A DNA stretch of 64,000 nucleotides from Pecten maximus (Eukaryota). Positions within the stretch are counted from its first letter, which is position 1, and the number at the start of each line of letters is the position of its first letter. The stretch lies in assembly GCF_902652985.1 (NCBI RefSeq), contig NC_047021.1:35960001-36024000 (forward strand), in the 5' to 3' direction. Under the pieces are notes generated by a model. It did no database searches. It was given only the letters and a program-made list of their open reading frames with translations, and was not told the origin of the DNA. Positions 13,004 through 25,860 of the stretch are shown one piece after another. A program made the translations under genes and the position numbers.

Positions 13004-14091
13004 TGTAGTAGAGTATTTGAACATTTCATTAATTAGTTAGCCAATAGGGCAGGGATAGAGAGCAAGTGATGTAGAGAGCAAGTGATGCATGTGAGGTCAG
13101 AGATAAGGAGATGTGTAGTGGTCAGTGTGAGGTCAGTGTCTGTGAGAGGGAAAGTGGCCAGACAGAGAACAGATGTGTTTTTATACAATATTAAATGCTT
13201 CATTAAATTAGTTATAGTAAGTTTAGAATGATGTATGATGTATCCTTAGTTAGGATATTTTAGTGTAGTTTATATGATACAATTAGATTTAAAATATGAT
13301 AGAAGATAAATGAATAGCAATCATTTAAGTGGCTTTTATAACATACATATGACATGTTTTTGATACTTAAAGTTTGATAACTTTAATATTGTAAAGGTTA
13401 TTATTATTTTAGAAGTTTAAGGTAATAGAGTACAGAAAGCTGGTTATTATGATGTGTGTAAGGATATGTATGACATTATAGTTCATTAGTAAGATAGGAA
13501 TGAGTCCCGTGTGAGTTTAACATGAAAAGAATGAAAGCTTTCTGAGAGTAAGGTTTGGAAGGGTGTCTTCGAGGAAGTACAAGTGTTTGAGATAAGAGTG
13601 ACAGGAAAGTCTGAGTTTTTTGTCCTTCGGAAGGGACGTTAATCCGGGGTCCGGTGTACGGTGAGTCACGCCGTGCACGTTAAAGATCCTCTGCTGGTAT
13701 TCGAACAAGAGTAGGCTAATTGCTAGCCGCCACAGAGTATAGGTTCATATAGGTCTCGATTAGGATAACGTAGGGCATTAAGGCAATTCAGTGACAGGTC
13801 AAAATTTTTTTTTTTTTTAGACATAGAGATAATCGTCTGTCCCTCTCATATTAGATCATTTGGCGATGACGAAATGCGAAATTGCTCCCTATTTAGTGCC
13901 CCGACCCACCCCTTTCCCCTTAGTGTCCTAGGCTCGGTTATAACCGGAACAAGGACGTTAAGCCCAATCAATCAATCAGAGTGAGAGAGATCAGCACGGA
14001 ACATCAGGAGACGAAGTCAGAACTTGTATAAGAAGAACATGAATAAAGAAATTAAGAAGAACAACTCTTGTCAAGATTCCTCGTTATAACA
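13004..14091 (+). mobile_element. Solo LTR (Gypsy-like 4-bp TSD) containing a SINE insertion
   Basis: Begins TGTAG and ends TAACA. CCTT at 13000-13003 and 14092-14095. AATAAA at ~14042, about 50 bp before the end. Confidence 0.62.
13620..13978 (+). mobile_element. 5'-truncated SINE with a Deu/Nin-like central domain
   Basis: tgtccttcggaagggacgttaatccggggtcc...cacgttaaagatcc core; 3' end ggacgttaagccc(aatc)3. Confidence 0.6.
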
Positions 14092-14894
14092 CCTTCCTTA
14101 CAAAATCGAACCCCTGTGAAGTTGAAAATCGTCTGCTAAGTTAGCGACACTGATGTGACCGGTTAGACTGAAATCTGTTTCGAACGAAATATTCTTGGAA
14201 TCATTTTCACCTTCTGTCCAGACGACTTTCATTTAGAATTTAAGAGCTGATATCCTTCTGAAAATAACGTTAATCCAGTCGATAAAAACATAAGTGTTTC
14301 CGAGGAATCGAGTCTGTCCTGTGCAATGCCCGTTCAACGCCGCATCACTTCTAATGTTAACATTGCGCTCAAACCGGTTTCGATTTTAAACGATTTGACG
14401 ATATCTACAAACGTATATGAAATAGAAAATAAAGCCAAATTTGTGCAAAAACCATTTTATGTGCTTGCTATCATTAACGTCATGAGGGACTATATCATTC
14501 CTTCTGGAAATTTCGGCTGTTCCGGTATTTGAACTTGATGACGTCAGTGATAGGGTAAACGGCAAATTAAATTCGCAGGTGGAGATTCAAAAGCCACGGT
14601 GGGAAATCACGTGGTCAGAAGATACCGAAAAATTGCAGCCACTAGCGCATTAATCATAAAATGAATTCGTCAGTTTAATCGATTCGAATCGAAACTTTGG
14701 TCAGAATAGTATGTAAACATTTTATTTTCTGAAAAATATGACTTTATACGGTGTTCATTTCAAAATAAACCAATTTTAGTTTATTTTTTTTAAGAATTTT
14801 GATTCTTTACTTTTCATTCAACCCTTGATAAATATGATATTTATGATACAAAAAAAATATCACCCATAGCCAGGCCTGTGGTTTAGTAATTCAA

Positions 14895-14971
14895 GCCTGT
14901 TTGCGACGGGAATCGAACCCGGATCTCTGGCATGACAAAGCAGCATGCTCCCTCAGCTGAGTGACCGGGAC
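14895..14971 (-). pseudogene. tRNA-like sequence (tRNA pseudogene or isolated SINE head)
   Basis: Minus strand gtcccggtcactcagctgagggagcatgctgctttgtcatgccagagatccgggttcgattcccgtcg has a clean B-box/T-arm but poor acceptor and D stems. Confidence 0.5.
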
Positions 14972-15467
14972 TCCATATTTGATACTACTTCCAGGCCAGG
15001 TCGACCGCTCCTTTTTACATACCAAAATCTGTTTGCGGTTGGTTTCGTACATATCACTTAACCGGCCATTAAAATGCATTTTCATTTTGGATTACAGTAG
15101 TTGTATTATGATTTCCTTTAGCCCGAGTTTCCTCTGGGTCTGACACTATGTCTGGTGTAGGACCAGAGCGCATTACTATATGAAAATGTGGATTCTCCGA
15201 CACCGTTTGGTGTCGCTAGGATTTTGGTGCAAATACGATAAAATCGGGTGTGACATAACACTTACCTTACATATATGGATAAATGAGAAATTTATTTACC
15301 CCAGAACACCCATTTAGTCTCATCTAGGTGTTTTATTTCGTCTGTATAGACCCTCGCGTTTTGGATTCTATTTGAAGGCGTAATACTGTAATACTGTACA
15401 TGTACATTTCCGAAATAGACCGAAATCTTCAAATAGAACAGATAGAAAGAATATATAAAATTCCACC

Positions 15468-17600
15468 ATGAAAGACATTCTTCGGGATCTGTACAAGTGT
15501 AAAATATGTGGTGAAAAATCGCAGCATTCGAAGAAACTGAAATGCCAACATTCGTTCTGCAAAGACTGCTTGGTAACTTATATTTCAACTTACTTTGGAT
15601 CCGCCTATTCTCCTTATCAAACTTGCTCTTACAAACGTGTACCCAATGACCCGGAAACGGAAGTAGAGAAGCATGTATTATTAGAGCTGGAAAAAAATGT
15701 CTGTCAAGAGATCTTCAGAAATTGTGGGACGATGGCAACAAAGGCGACGACAAAAATGAAATTCCCGGACAGGATGCCTATAACAACTTTGCTTGTACGG
15801 CACATTCCGGCTCCATAGCAGAATACCACTGTAAAAATGCAACACAGTGGTGTGTAAAATGTGTAGATATGAAGCGCATGCGCAATGTGATAGTATACGG
15901 AATATCAAAGAAAGCATGACCAAGGAGACGTACCTCAAATGCATACAAGTGTTCGGTGTTTTTGAGAACGCGCACTCACGAGCAAACCTTGTCAAAGATA
16001 AACTGACGAGAAAAAAAAACCCATCTGAAACTTGATGACGAATTTACCCGAAAATTTCCTTCATACTTTGCCAATCTTAAAGTAAAAACATGTTGCTTAT
16101 CTCGATTTTCAAGAACAAAGAGTTCTGGGGAAAGCGAAAGGGATGCAGGAAAAGGAGACGAATCCGATGCAGACCGATGTGACTGTTTGTGAATCGGTAT
16201 TCATATAATTAAATCAGTTGGAAAATCTGATAATACAAATACAAATGCATGCTAACCTTAAACCAGCTCAAAACATGATATTTACAATCATTTAGAATCA
16301 ACGGTAAAGGTTTATACAGTACAGAAGTCGTTTGACCTGCGTTTGGTTATTACAGAGCAAGATAACACAATATTCGGTTCTGATATCATGAGGATTGAAA
16401 TGAAAGGTAGCTTAGAAGTTAGAGCAAGTGGAACGGAAGCTCAATCGGCCGGCATAACAGTTCAAGACGATACGTCTTCCATAAGAAATAGCGATGCTTC
16501 AACGGTAGAATTGAAGTCTGATCCAGAAGATCGATCATCTACAAGAAATCTGGCAGTGCTTAGGTAACACCCAGTGTGAGTCGGAACTAGAGAAGGAGGG
16601 TTTTCAAGAACAACGCTGATTCATGACACTAATTCAACATGTACACTCGAAGTAGGAGACTAGTACCGCACCTTCAGCTCCGTCAAATTTGGACACCAAC
16701 CTTCCTCCTGAATAGGAAGAAGCATCTCAGTCTTACAGAAGTGTGGTCAATCAGTGTTTTGCCTATGGTTTTCCATCAAGTCGGTCCTCTCAATCCGAAC
16801 ACTCCTCTGCACCTGTTCACCACAATGTCGGCGCTACGAACATCACTCCTTCTGCACCCCAATTTCCACTTTCGTCTAATGATAGCTATCGCCTTCCAAG
16901 TCCTACGCAAACGACAAGACCGTTCTACCACAGGAAAACAAAGATCAAATCCCGTTAGAAACAGACGTGATTTTAAGTATCCTACCTCAGCGCCTTCCTC
17001 TAGTCCGTTCGCCAATCTTGTAGCGAACATTCCAAAACACCTTCGACATTCGCCTGCCACTAGTATTAAAGGGTTTTAATTTCGATCTGATCTTGACACA
17101 AAATTACCCAGAGAGAAGAACCGGCCGTACATTGTTAGTATAGCCAGGGTTAGATATTTCTTTGGTGTGTTGGATCAGGCTAATAACTGCTTGAAGCGGT
17201 TGAAAGAAAACGTCATATTGCATTATGTATATTCGTTTGAAGAAGATGTTCATGCAACCGGCGTAGTTGCTATTTCCGACAAAGAAGTGTGTTGTGACTT
17301 CCCCCAATCAGGAGAAGTTGATATTTCTTGAATATGATAAATGGTCAAGACATACATGCACACATACGAAAGATTATCAGAACTGGACCGTATGAGAATT
17401 TGGCGTACGACAAGCGTAGAAATTGTTTGATCGGAGCTCGAGTACTACTAACTGCCGGGGTCGAATTTTTTTTACATGGAACTTGTAGCTTGATCAGAAT
17501 GAATAAAATATCAGATGTGTATCTAAGCTACAGCGTTATGCTTTCAGCGAAGAATTTATCATGACGTATATACCTCCCCAGCCAACAGCAGCTACAGCGC
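15468..17600 (+). pseudogene. Decayed RING/B-box (TRIM-like) gene with remnants of a C-terminal beta-propeller
   Basis: RING-like CKIC...CQHSFCKDCL at 15468. A B-box-like motif is split over frames (CTAHSGSIAEYHCKN / VCKMCRYEAHAQC). Later propeller-like fragments KCVVTSPNQEKLIFL and ENLAYDKRRNCLIGA. Many frameshifts and stops. 3' end is approximate. Confidence 0.7.
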
Positions 17601-18040
17601 GTGACTTGACCAACTATGATACAAGGAATACATTTCATTTTGTCTAATACTGGCCAATGATAAAACGCGTTGATAAATACGGTTGATCATTTCATTAAAT
17701 GAATAATACGTAACAAATATTTGCGATTTTATCTCCTTTAGATCAAAACATGACCATCGCAAGAGAGAAAGTAGCAGCCCCTCACCGGAAGCCGGGGAAC
17801 TTTAGTTTGCGTTGTGTCCTTCCCTCCTTTTCTGCACCTAAATGAGGCGGCATGTCGCGTACCAAAAGAAGGCCAATCTGATATACATTGTGACTTTTGT
17901 TTACATCAAAGAAAAGTGTTGTCCTGGCTCTATCTCTTACCCTCTCCAAAGCAACCACAAAATAAAATATCGACACTTTCTAAGATACGATTACCAAAAC
18001 ATTCGCTCATCAGAGGGTGATATCTCCAAAAATAGTTTTA

Positions 18041-19688
18041 AACAAGAAATATCTTTAAAAAGATAAACGGCATAGTTTTAATGCTGGTGGTTATAATGTA
18101 AAACTACTGGTGAAATAAGTTAACGAACTACATTGTAATTAATAAATGCGCAGTTTCAGCACGGATAACAAAATTATATCAGTTTGAATCATTTTTGGTG
18201 ATAATAAGACTACAAATGTGTCATTTGAATAGATGCATCCACTTATTCAGCTTGCATTCAATTTAAAAGGGATATCACGGTAAAAACGTTGCAATTTTCA
18301 CTAAATGTACGCGTTTTGTTCCTTTCCAGTTATGTTTCTGTGCTGTCCCAATGTTCAGAGTCAATCCCTATGTCCAGCTTGACCACTCGATTTAGTTGGG
18401 AATCGCCCTCTAAATTTAGCGCGGAAATTATTTTTAAATCATTACGTGACTGTTTTGAAATCGTGGCAGCACAAACACACGCTAGTTTACAAGGCGATAT
18501 CTATATTCCATCTGGGTTAGTTGGATAACGATACTATACAGTGGTTTAAATGTTAAATAACACGTTCTGTATATATCACGGCACACATATTTATGTGTAA
18601 ATAAGTGTAATCATTGTTCATATAGTATAGTGACAGTACATGTAGCGATGTACTGGTACAAACTGTATAAATATTACCGAGTTTGTGGAACTATTACCGA
18701 GTTTGTACTGTTACAGTCTATTGTACTGCTTCCCAAGTTTAATTTTTGCATATTCAGATTGTTGATCAGCGAATTGTGATAACCTTTTAATAATTGATAC
18801 ATTTTTTTTATGTACATACATCATCGAATTCGAATGGTTATTGTTCAGAAGGTTATTTTTTTTATAATATATACCCAATAATATGATAAAAAATACAAAA
18901 TAAATATTGGTTTACCGTGAGGTTCTTTTAACTTTGTTTCGTTTTTAACTGTATATCTGCATTTTGCATTGACCGCTACATTGACCAATCACATATTTCA
19001 TCTTGACCAGTAACGCCACCTGTCGCGTCATATCTGGGGCCAAAACAAAATTAGACGGCTATGCCGAAAAATGAAAACTTAAAATATATTTCTTAACTTG
19101 CCCTGTCAGCTTTAACAAAATCACAACATTGCTGGTTATTATCAAACGATTTATCTCCCTTTGTACGCTATAATTCGACTTTGACGTACTCTTTATTTTG
19201 ATCTACCAGAGTTACTTCTCTTTGTTCCACCCAACCAGTATAGATTATGAACCGATCAGCCGGCAGCCGAGAGGGGCCGATATTGTAATTTAGCTACATT
19301 TATAGAATTTTTTCAGCATAGCCGTATAATATTCCTTTGGCCCCGGATATGACGCGACAGGTGGCGTAACTGGTCAAGATCAAGTATGTGATTGGTCAAT
19401 GTAGCGGTAAATGCAAAATGCAGATACATGTATGCAGTTAAAAACGAAACAAAGCTTAAGAATGCAGGCTGAATAAGTGGATGTATCTTTTCAAATGACA
19501 CATTAGTAAAATTGTATTCCTGATTCAAATGCAGTCTTAATATCACCACAAATGATTCAAACTGATCTAATTTTGTTATCCGTTCTGAAAAGCATTAGTT
19601 CGTTGATTTATTTCGCCAGCAGTTTTATACATTATAACCATCAGCATTAAAACTATGCCGTTTATCTTTTTTAAAGATATTTCTTGTT
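18041..19688. mobile_element. Foldback/MITE-like element with long inverted arms; the left arm is interrupted by a nested insertion
   Basis: 18041-18260 plus 18932-19072 is the imperfect reverse complement of ~19308-19688. Confidence 0.8.
18267..18927. mobile_element. TTAA-targeting non-autonomous DNA transposon (Kolobok-like termini), nested in the foldback arm
   Basis: TTAA|aagggatatcacggtaaa ... tttaccgtgaggttctt|TTAA. The opposite arm shows the empty site (gcattc-TTAA-gctttgtttcg on the - strand). Confidence 0.75.
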
Positions 19689-19987
19689 ATAAAATGAAAT
19701 GCTATCGATTTTCTTTTTATTCTCGTTATATTATGAGTTCAATGTGTTTAGGTCGACATCTCCTAACGACGGAAGGAGAACATAATTAACGGGAAGTTTA
19801 TCACGCCATGATGCTGTTGTCTCTTTATTTCTTCAAAGGCAACAGGGGCTTTTACTGGGATTGAAATTTAACAACTTTTTAGACCATTCGTGGAATTTTC
19901 TTGATAATCGACAAAAATAATGGCGCTCTGATTCCAAAATTCATCCACTAAAACGCACTGTCGGCAAATAAATAATTAAATAAGTAA

Positions 19988-20052
19988 ATGAATGAATGAA
20001 TGAATAAAAGAATGAATGAATGAATGAATGAATGAATGAATGAATGAATGAA
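19988..20052. repeat. (TGAA)n microsatellite
   Basis: Directly visible. Confidence 0.9.
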
Positions 20053-21131
20053 CAATGTCCGTTGATCAAAGAGCACCAAAAAGACCCCTAGATAGATGCA
20101 GACAGACAGACAAGATTGTCTGTGATACAATGTATGTCTGCTGCAGTTTAAAGAGAGATAGGGTAACTTGGGTAAATTTTATCAACACCTCTTAAAATTT
20201 ACGGAATTTTTCAGTTTAAGGAATTTTCTAAAGTCAATGAACATTGATAAAACCGAGGTGTGCTGTGTCTTTTAGTTTTTCAGTAGAATGTGTATGTTAT
20301 GATTATGTATTCAACGACGACGACGACGACGACAACAACAACCCTATTCATTTTGACCTCACCGTATGATTTCTCTCAGAACAAACATATTTTATACATG
20401 TATATGCATGTAAATAAAGCGGCTCTAATCTGGTTGGCGAGACAGTGAATGAGAAAATGATAGCAATGACGTTACGACATTTCATGAATGCCAGACTAGG
20501 TATAACCTTTATGGTTCTTCTGCTATGTCACGCTTCAGTGATTTTTAATAGTCTTCCCGTGTTCTTCTGATGTAATCTTGCTCGAGGTAGATTAAGGGAG
20601 ATTTTGTAACAGTACTCTCCTACATTTAAAGATACGTGTCCTAAGGCCGAGGTTCTGTGATTTGTTGTCTACACACGTACTGCTTGACTATTTATCCATA
20701 CAGGTCATGCTAAAAAAACCCAATTATTTTCACAGATGTGGCCGAAAGACTTCACTCTGTTCCAGTAAAAACAGACCGTTGTAATTGATTTAATGTCAAA
20801 TAGATAAATAAATAAATAAATACATGTAAATAGACAAATAAATCAATAAAATCAATAAGATTTAGATATTTATATTGTGGAAAACAATGATATATTAAAA
20901 AAATGATGCACCAAAACTGAGTAAATCTTAATCGTAAAGCGGATGAAGATAGGTGCGATGACAGTGTAGGGTTTTTAAAAACCACCAATATATGACGGCT
21001 GTGCGAACACGAGTGAAAAGAGAAGTATTCAGTCACCACCAAATGTACAATATACGTGACCTTTATTAATTCATAACGTGGTTATCGCCCCTTAAAAGCC
21101 ACAATGCTAGGCTGCTCCCATCGGTTGTCAA

Positions 21132-21340
21132 TTCAATTCAATTCAATTTATTTCTCTTTAACCATACATAACAGTACAGAGAAAACATATTTACACAATA
21201 CAAAAGTTATATACAGTTGTTCAGCCAGTGTATAAAGTATGCACACGCAGACTGTATCAATTAGTTTATCAAAACATCTGATATTTAACCATATCGTTAC
21301 GCATGATACCATTTTATATAATTTCAAATCAACAAAACGA

Positions 21341-21375
<35 letters not shown>

Positions 21376-21600
21376 TCAAGTCAAGATGAACATGATGTGT
21401 AACATCATGCTATGGAGGACACATTGCTAAAGATAATACTAATGAATTTACAGAGTTTTTTCAATGTATTTACGTGGTTTGAGTTCATAAGATCTCTAAA
21501 TTTTAATATGTTCGGCCTTGTATAATAATATTTATTTAGATATAATTTTCTATGCGCAGCTAATGACTGGCATTCTAGCAGATAATGGAATTCATCTCCT
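21132..21600 (-). mobile_element. 5'-truncated LINE 3' end of the same type, with TSD
   Basis: GDEFHYLLEC...RPNILKFRDLMN; AATAAA plus a (TTGAA)n tail on the - strand. Flanking direct repeat GTTGTCAA at 21124-21131 and 21601-21608. Confidence 0.85.
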
Positions 21601-22821
21601 GTTGTCAAGCTATCGCTACAGACGAGGGGAGGTAACTCTGATAAATTAGAAATCATATTTCACGCAGTTGACTGCAAGTTATTAGTGCGAAATAGTTTTC
21701 TCTAATGGTTCGCCCAAATAGGAGGTTCACCACTGTAATGGCACGAAATGCACATGCAGCTACTGGTCAGCTGGCAAGTAAATTCAGGATAACGCACTGG
21801 TCGGTTTGGATGGATGAAAGTGTTTTATATAAGAGATGTATCTCATTTTCATCTTTTATTTATTTTTTTGTAACTTTAAGTGATCTTACTGTTAGCAGGT
21901 CTTAATCCGTTATCTAATATTTGTTTTGTATTAGCAAACGTATTTCCCGGAGCGTCATCTGAATGTTTGTACTTTACGACATGATCACTTTATGCCACAG
22001 AGGCGGAGAAGCATAAACATTACGCTGATCAAAGTAAGAACATAAGTAACACAGAGAACTATAAAATAGCAACATGTCCATCTGATGTCTCAAATAATTA
22101 TATAAAGAATTAGTCAAGCGTTTTCATTTTTCCATTGACGTGTACGTATTAAAAGGGCATTAAAACACAAAAATACATGATGACATCTTTGCTAAAATGG
22201 GAAGACGATTTGAAGTAATTTGTATTAGATAATCATTATAACCCAATCTAGTGAAATTCACACAAATATGTACATTTTATATATTTACCAGCATCAGCAT
22301 ACGTCATGTATGTACGTCCCTGCCAGGATTCGCCAATACGTTTTGAAATTCCTACCATACATGTATATTGTTTGAATTTCTATTTTTGTTTACCGTATGG
22401 CATTAGGCCTGTCCACGTCATAGTAATAAAGGCGATCAACCGCTGTAGTTATTGTACGCTGCTCTTTGTTTCGTATTTAGGAATTTACATTTAACGATAC
22501 GTGTATATAATGTCCAATTGAGGCACTGTGTCTTCACCTTGAAAACTATGACATCAATTACCATATTTTGTATCGTAATTGGAAGTCAGTTAAAGGGGAA
22601 ATTGTTACCCGTGGTATTTAAAGCTCGCTTAGGACACAATTGAGATATATAACAAAGGGATAAATATAGTCGGCGGGGTGTATATGGTCACTCTACCGTG
22701 ACGATCAGCCCGGCAAACCTGTTCCAAGATGGGTGCAGTGAGGCGTGACGTCCAAACACCGGAGGAGGGTGTGATACGTTGAACGGGTGGGTAAAAGGAT
22801 ACCCCGAACTCCTGGACGCAG

Positions 22822-22882
22822 ATGACCAATATGCCGGGAAGGGGAGGGGTAACCCTCGCCCTTATTCTCATACTTACTGCAG
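22822..22882 (+). CDS. Gene A exon 1: signal peptide of a CYYR1/Shisa-like type I membrane protein
   Basis: MTNMPGRGGVTLALILILTA followed by G|gtacgt donor (phase 1). Joins exon 2 to give ...LTAVGARA-DVEC, a plausible signal-peptide cleavage site. Confidence 0.72.
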
Positions 22883-25652
22883 GTACGTTCAATAACAAAC
22901 TTCTAAACACATTCAATAATTATATTTACGCTATTTGACGGCTTTTCATAGCGTAAACACGATGTTCTCTACAAGTGTTTTGTTATTATCGTATCAACAC
23001 AAAGTTTTATTTAATCAATCGACAATCGACATATCTTATTTCAGATTTTAATTGGTCGTTTGTTTATCCGAAATGTCAACCTGTGTGTCGTTTACGACTT
23101 AAAGTGTTAACCATCTTGACTTTATGATATGTTATGCGATATTTAACGATGTCATCTAATATATGTATGTGGGTTCTTAAAATCTACGATCCGTAAAGCC
23201 TTGTCCAACGAGTATATCAGACACCACTTGTAAAGCATGTAGATATTGAAGCTCCTACCCCTGGGCGAAATCCCAACCCCGGGGCGATCTTCTCCGGTCC
23301 TCTTTGTTAATTATGCGGTACCTTACCTATCGGATATGGAACTAGTTACAACTAAATGTACATATGTATACCCATCATACCTGATCTATATATAGACACT
23401 GTAACAGAGGAGATGTAACACTTCATATAGTTCTTACACATACCGTCACGGAACAAGAAATTATTTCTTAAGATGGCCGTTGTTATGTCTTTTAACTACC
23501 ATCAACAGTGTACTACACACACACACACACACACAGATGATAGAATCCGGTTACATGTGTTTTTGTATGTATTTTGCACACACAGCATGTTCTTGAGGTA
23601 TGACAAATTGAAAACATGCATAATTTCGGTAAATATTTCACATTGTGTGACCGTATGGAACTTTTATGTTGTCGGGTGGTCTGGTGTAGCCCTTATTCCT
23701 CTTGTCCCCAATTACCCCCTTCAAACCCATAAAGAAAAAAATAACCCACCCAACCGCTGATCATTAAATGCCTCACAATGTCTTTAAAATCTTGTCCAAA
23801 ATACACCTAATATTTCTTTGTAAAGTAGCCAACATATATATGATTGCATACATTTCTCCGCCAGCCCTTATTCAGACCCACTTTTTTTCTCCCATTCCTT
23901 GCTGTCCCTCACATTCCAAACACCAAAATACTAACTATTATACATTGTGCTGTGACTTAACGCTCCACACCCTCCTCCACTACCCCATACCCATTTTACC
24001 ACACAATATCTTCCCAGTAACGTAGTCCGAAATAAAACTGTTTAAAACCGAAATAAGTACTAATAAAAACATAAAAGCAAAACGGGACTGAGTACCAGAG
24101 TTCCACTCTCCAACAACAAGTCCTAAACCGAAGACCCTGTACAAGGATTTATCCTGAAGTCCAATGACTATATTGTTATAGTAAATGCCGGTGAAAGGCT
24201 AATCTCCGACCCAGCACAATGCGATAGCCGACACCCCTAGTACGTATGACATACCGCTACCCCTACGACAGGCTTTCGAGAGACTAACCACCTTAGAAAT
24301 TCCACGCTGATTATCGTTTCTTTCAATGCTTGTAATGAAAAATTACGTTGACACTCGCTGGGTTTAACTAAGTATCTTGGTTGTTGTGACCCGTACAATT
24401 CAACGGAAGAGTACTGGACCGAGAAAAGCATGGCGAGCTTAATTGTAGTGAACGTAGAATTGTTATTTTGTTGGATGGTTTTGTTTACCCCCAGGCCATG
24501 CAGAGCTTTGGTACTGTAACATGTGTTGTGATACGTTTTTTAGTTAAACATTTAAAGTAGGAATATTCATTTAAGACTAGAGCTATGATAGTGTCAGAAA
24601 ATAATGCCGAAATTTTGGTGGAATATTCATGTTGCTAACGAGGACACAACCGATCAACGGTACGGAAAACATTGTCTATCTCGACAAGACATTTTATCAA
24701 ACCGGAAATAATATGCAAAAGTTTGAAAGACAAATATTAAAGTTTTCCTAGGCCTTTTAGCTGTAAACAACTGATTGATCAATCCACATATGTATGCCAG
24801 GCAATTCTTATTAAAGAAATTGTTTGATGAAGGTAATAGGCATGCGCAAACCACAATTCTACTGATCGTTTCTTAAAGTTTACAACTGATTACGTAAAAG
24901 AGGGAAGGAGGTGCATTGGATAGGAAATTGAAACCCATGCTCCAAGAAGCACGTGTTTGAAAAAAAAAAATATTAAAAAAAAGTAGTAAGCATTTTGTTT
25001 GGATACTGTCAAAAATAGATTATCAGATTGAGAAAACTTCAATAGACATTGCTTAATGCCAGTTTCTGGTAATAAAACGTGTGTGTTGACGTCATGACGG
25101 GTATTTACTTTAATTTCCAAGGGTTAATTCAATGTAATTTCTAAGTGAAATAATTAATGATCACGTTACTTTTTAACAATAGGTTTACCCTACTCTATCC
25201 AATTTGCTGTCCGCTGTATGTAGGTTACGGTAATAAGCAGTCTCGTCACACCCTCTGATCACTGAGGTCGTTGTTCCCGACCCTATTCCGCTAAATATAG
25301 TCATACACACAAAAACTTCAACTCCTTAAAATATACGAGGGATAGTTATACTGTTATTTTTCAGCCGTGTGTACATGTGACCCTTTCTAATTTTCTCGTA
25401 ATGGCGAAAGGTCGCGGTAGAGACGGTTGTCGGCAGTTCCTTCTAACAAAGAGGATGCTAGGGTCCGGGATACCTGTTACTTCAGGATATTGCTGTTTTG
25501 GGGGTTGGAAGTTTCCTTTGTGGAAATGTTTTATCAACATTCAAAGTGTGCGAGATGTAGGCGTGTGCTGAGTCTGCGCTCGTTTTGGGAGGTTGCGGTA
25601 TTTTCGGTTTTTTTTTTCTCTTATGTTAACGCGAAACTAATGCCTAATTTAT

Positions 25653-25860
25653 AGTGTTACCTCACTGAAGTATAGTAACGAAACACCCAGCTGGTACACC
25701 ACGCGGCCACATTATACTGACTACGGATGAACCAGTCCTTACACTCCTAATATCATTAGCGTTTAACAGGAGTACTAAAACAACCATATTTATAGACTCA
25801 GGTTATCTCTTCTAGGGGACACAGCCCAAAGTCGTTCTCACAGGTACGAACGCCCAATCA
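25653..25860 (-). mobile_element. Degenerate SINE (Meta-core-like)
   Basis: ctcactgaag...acacccagc...cacattatactgac...aaccagt shared with the 50567 copy. Confidence 0.55.

Noticed and set aside
14895-14971. Functional tRNA-Asp
   Set aside because: Only the T-arm/B-box is good; the acceptor and D stems do not pair.
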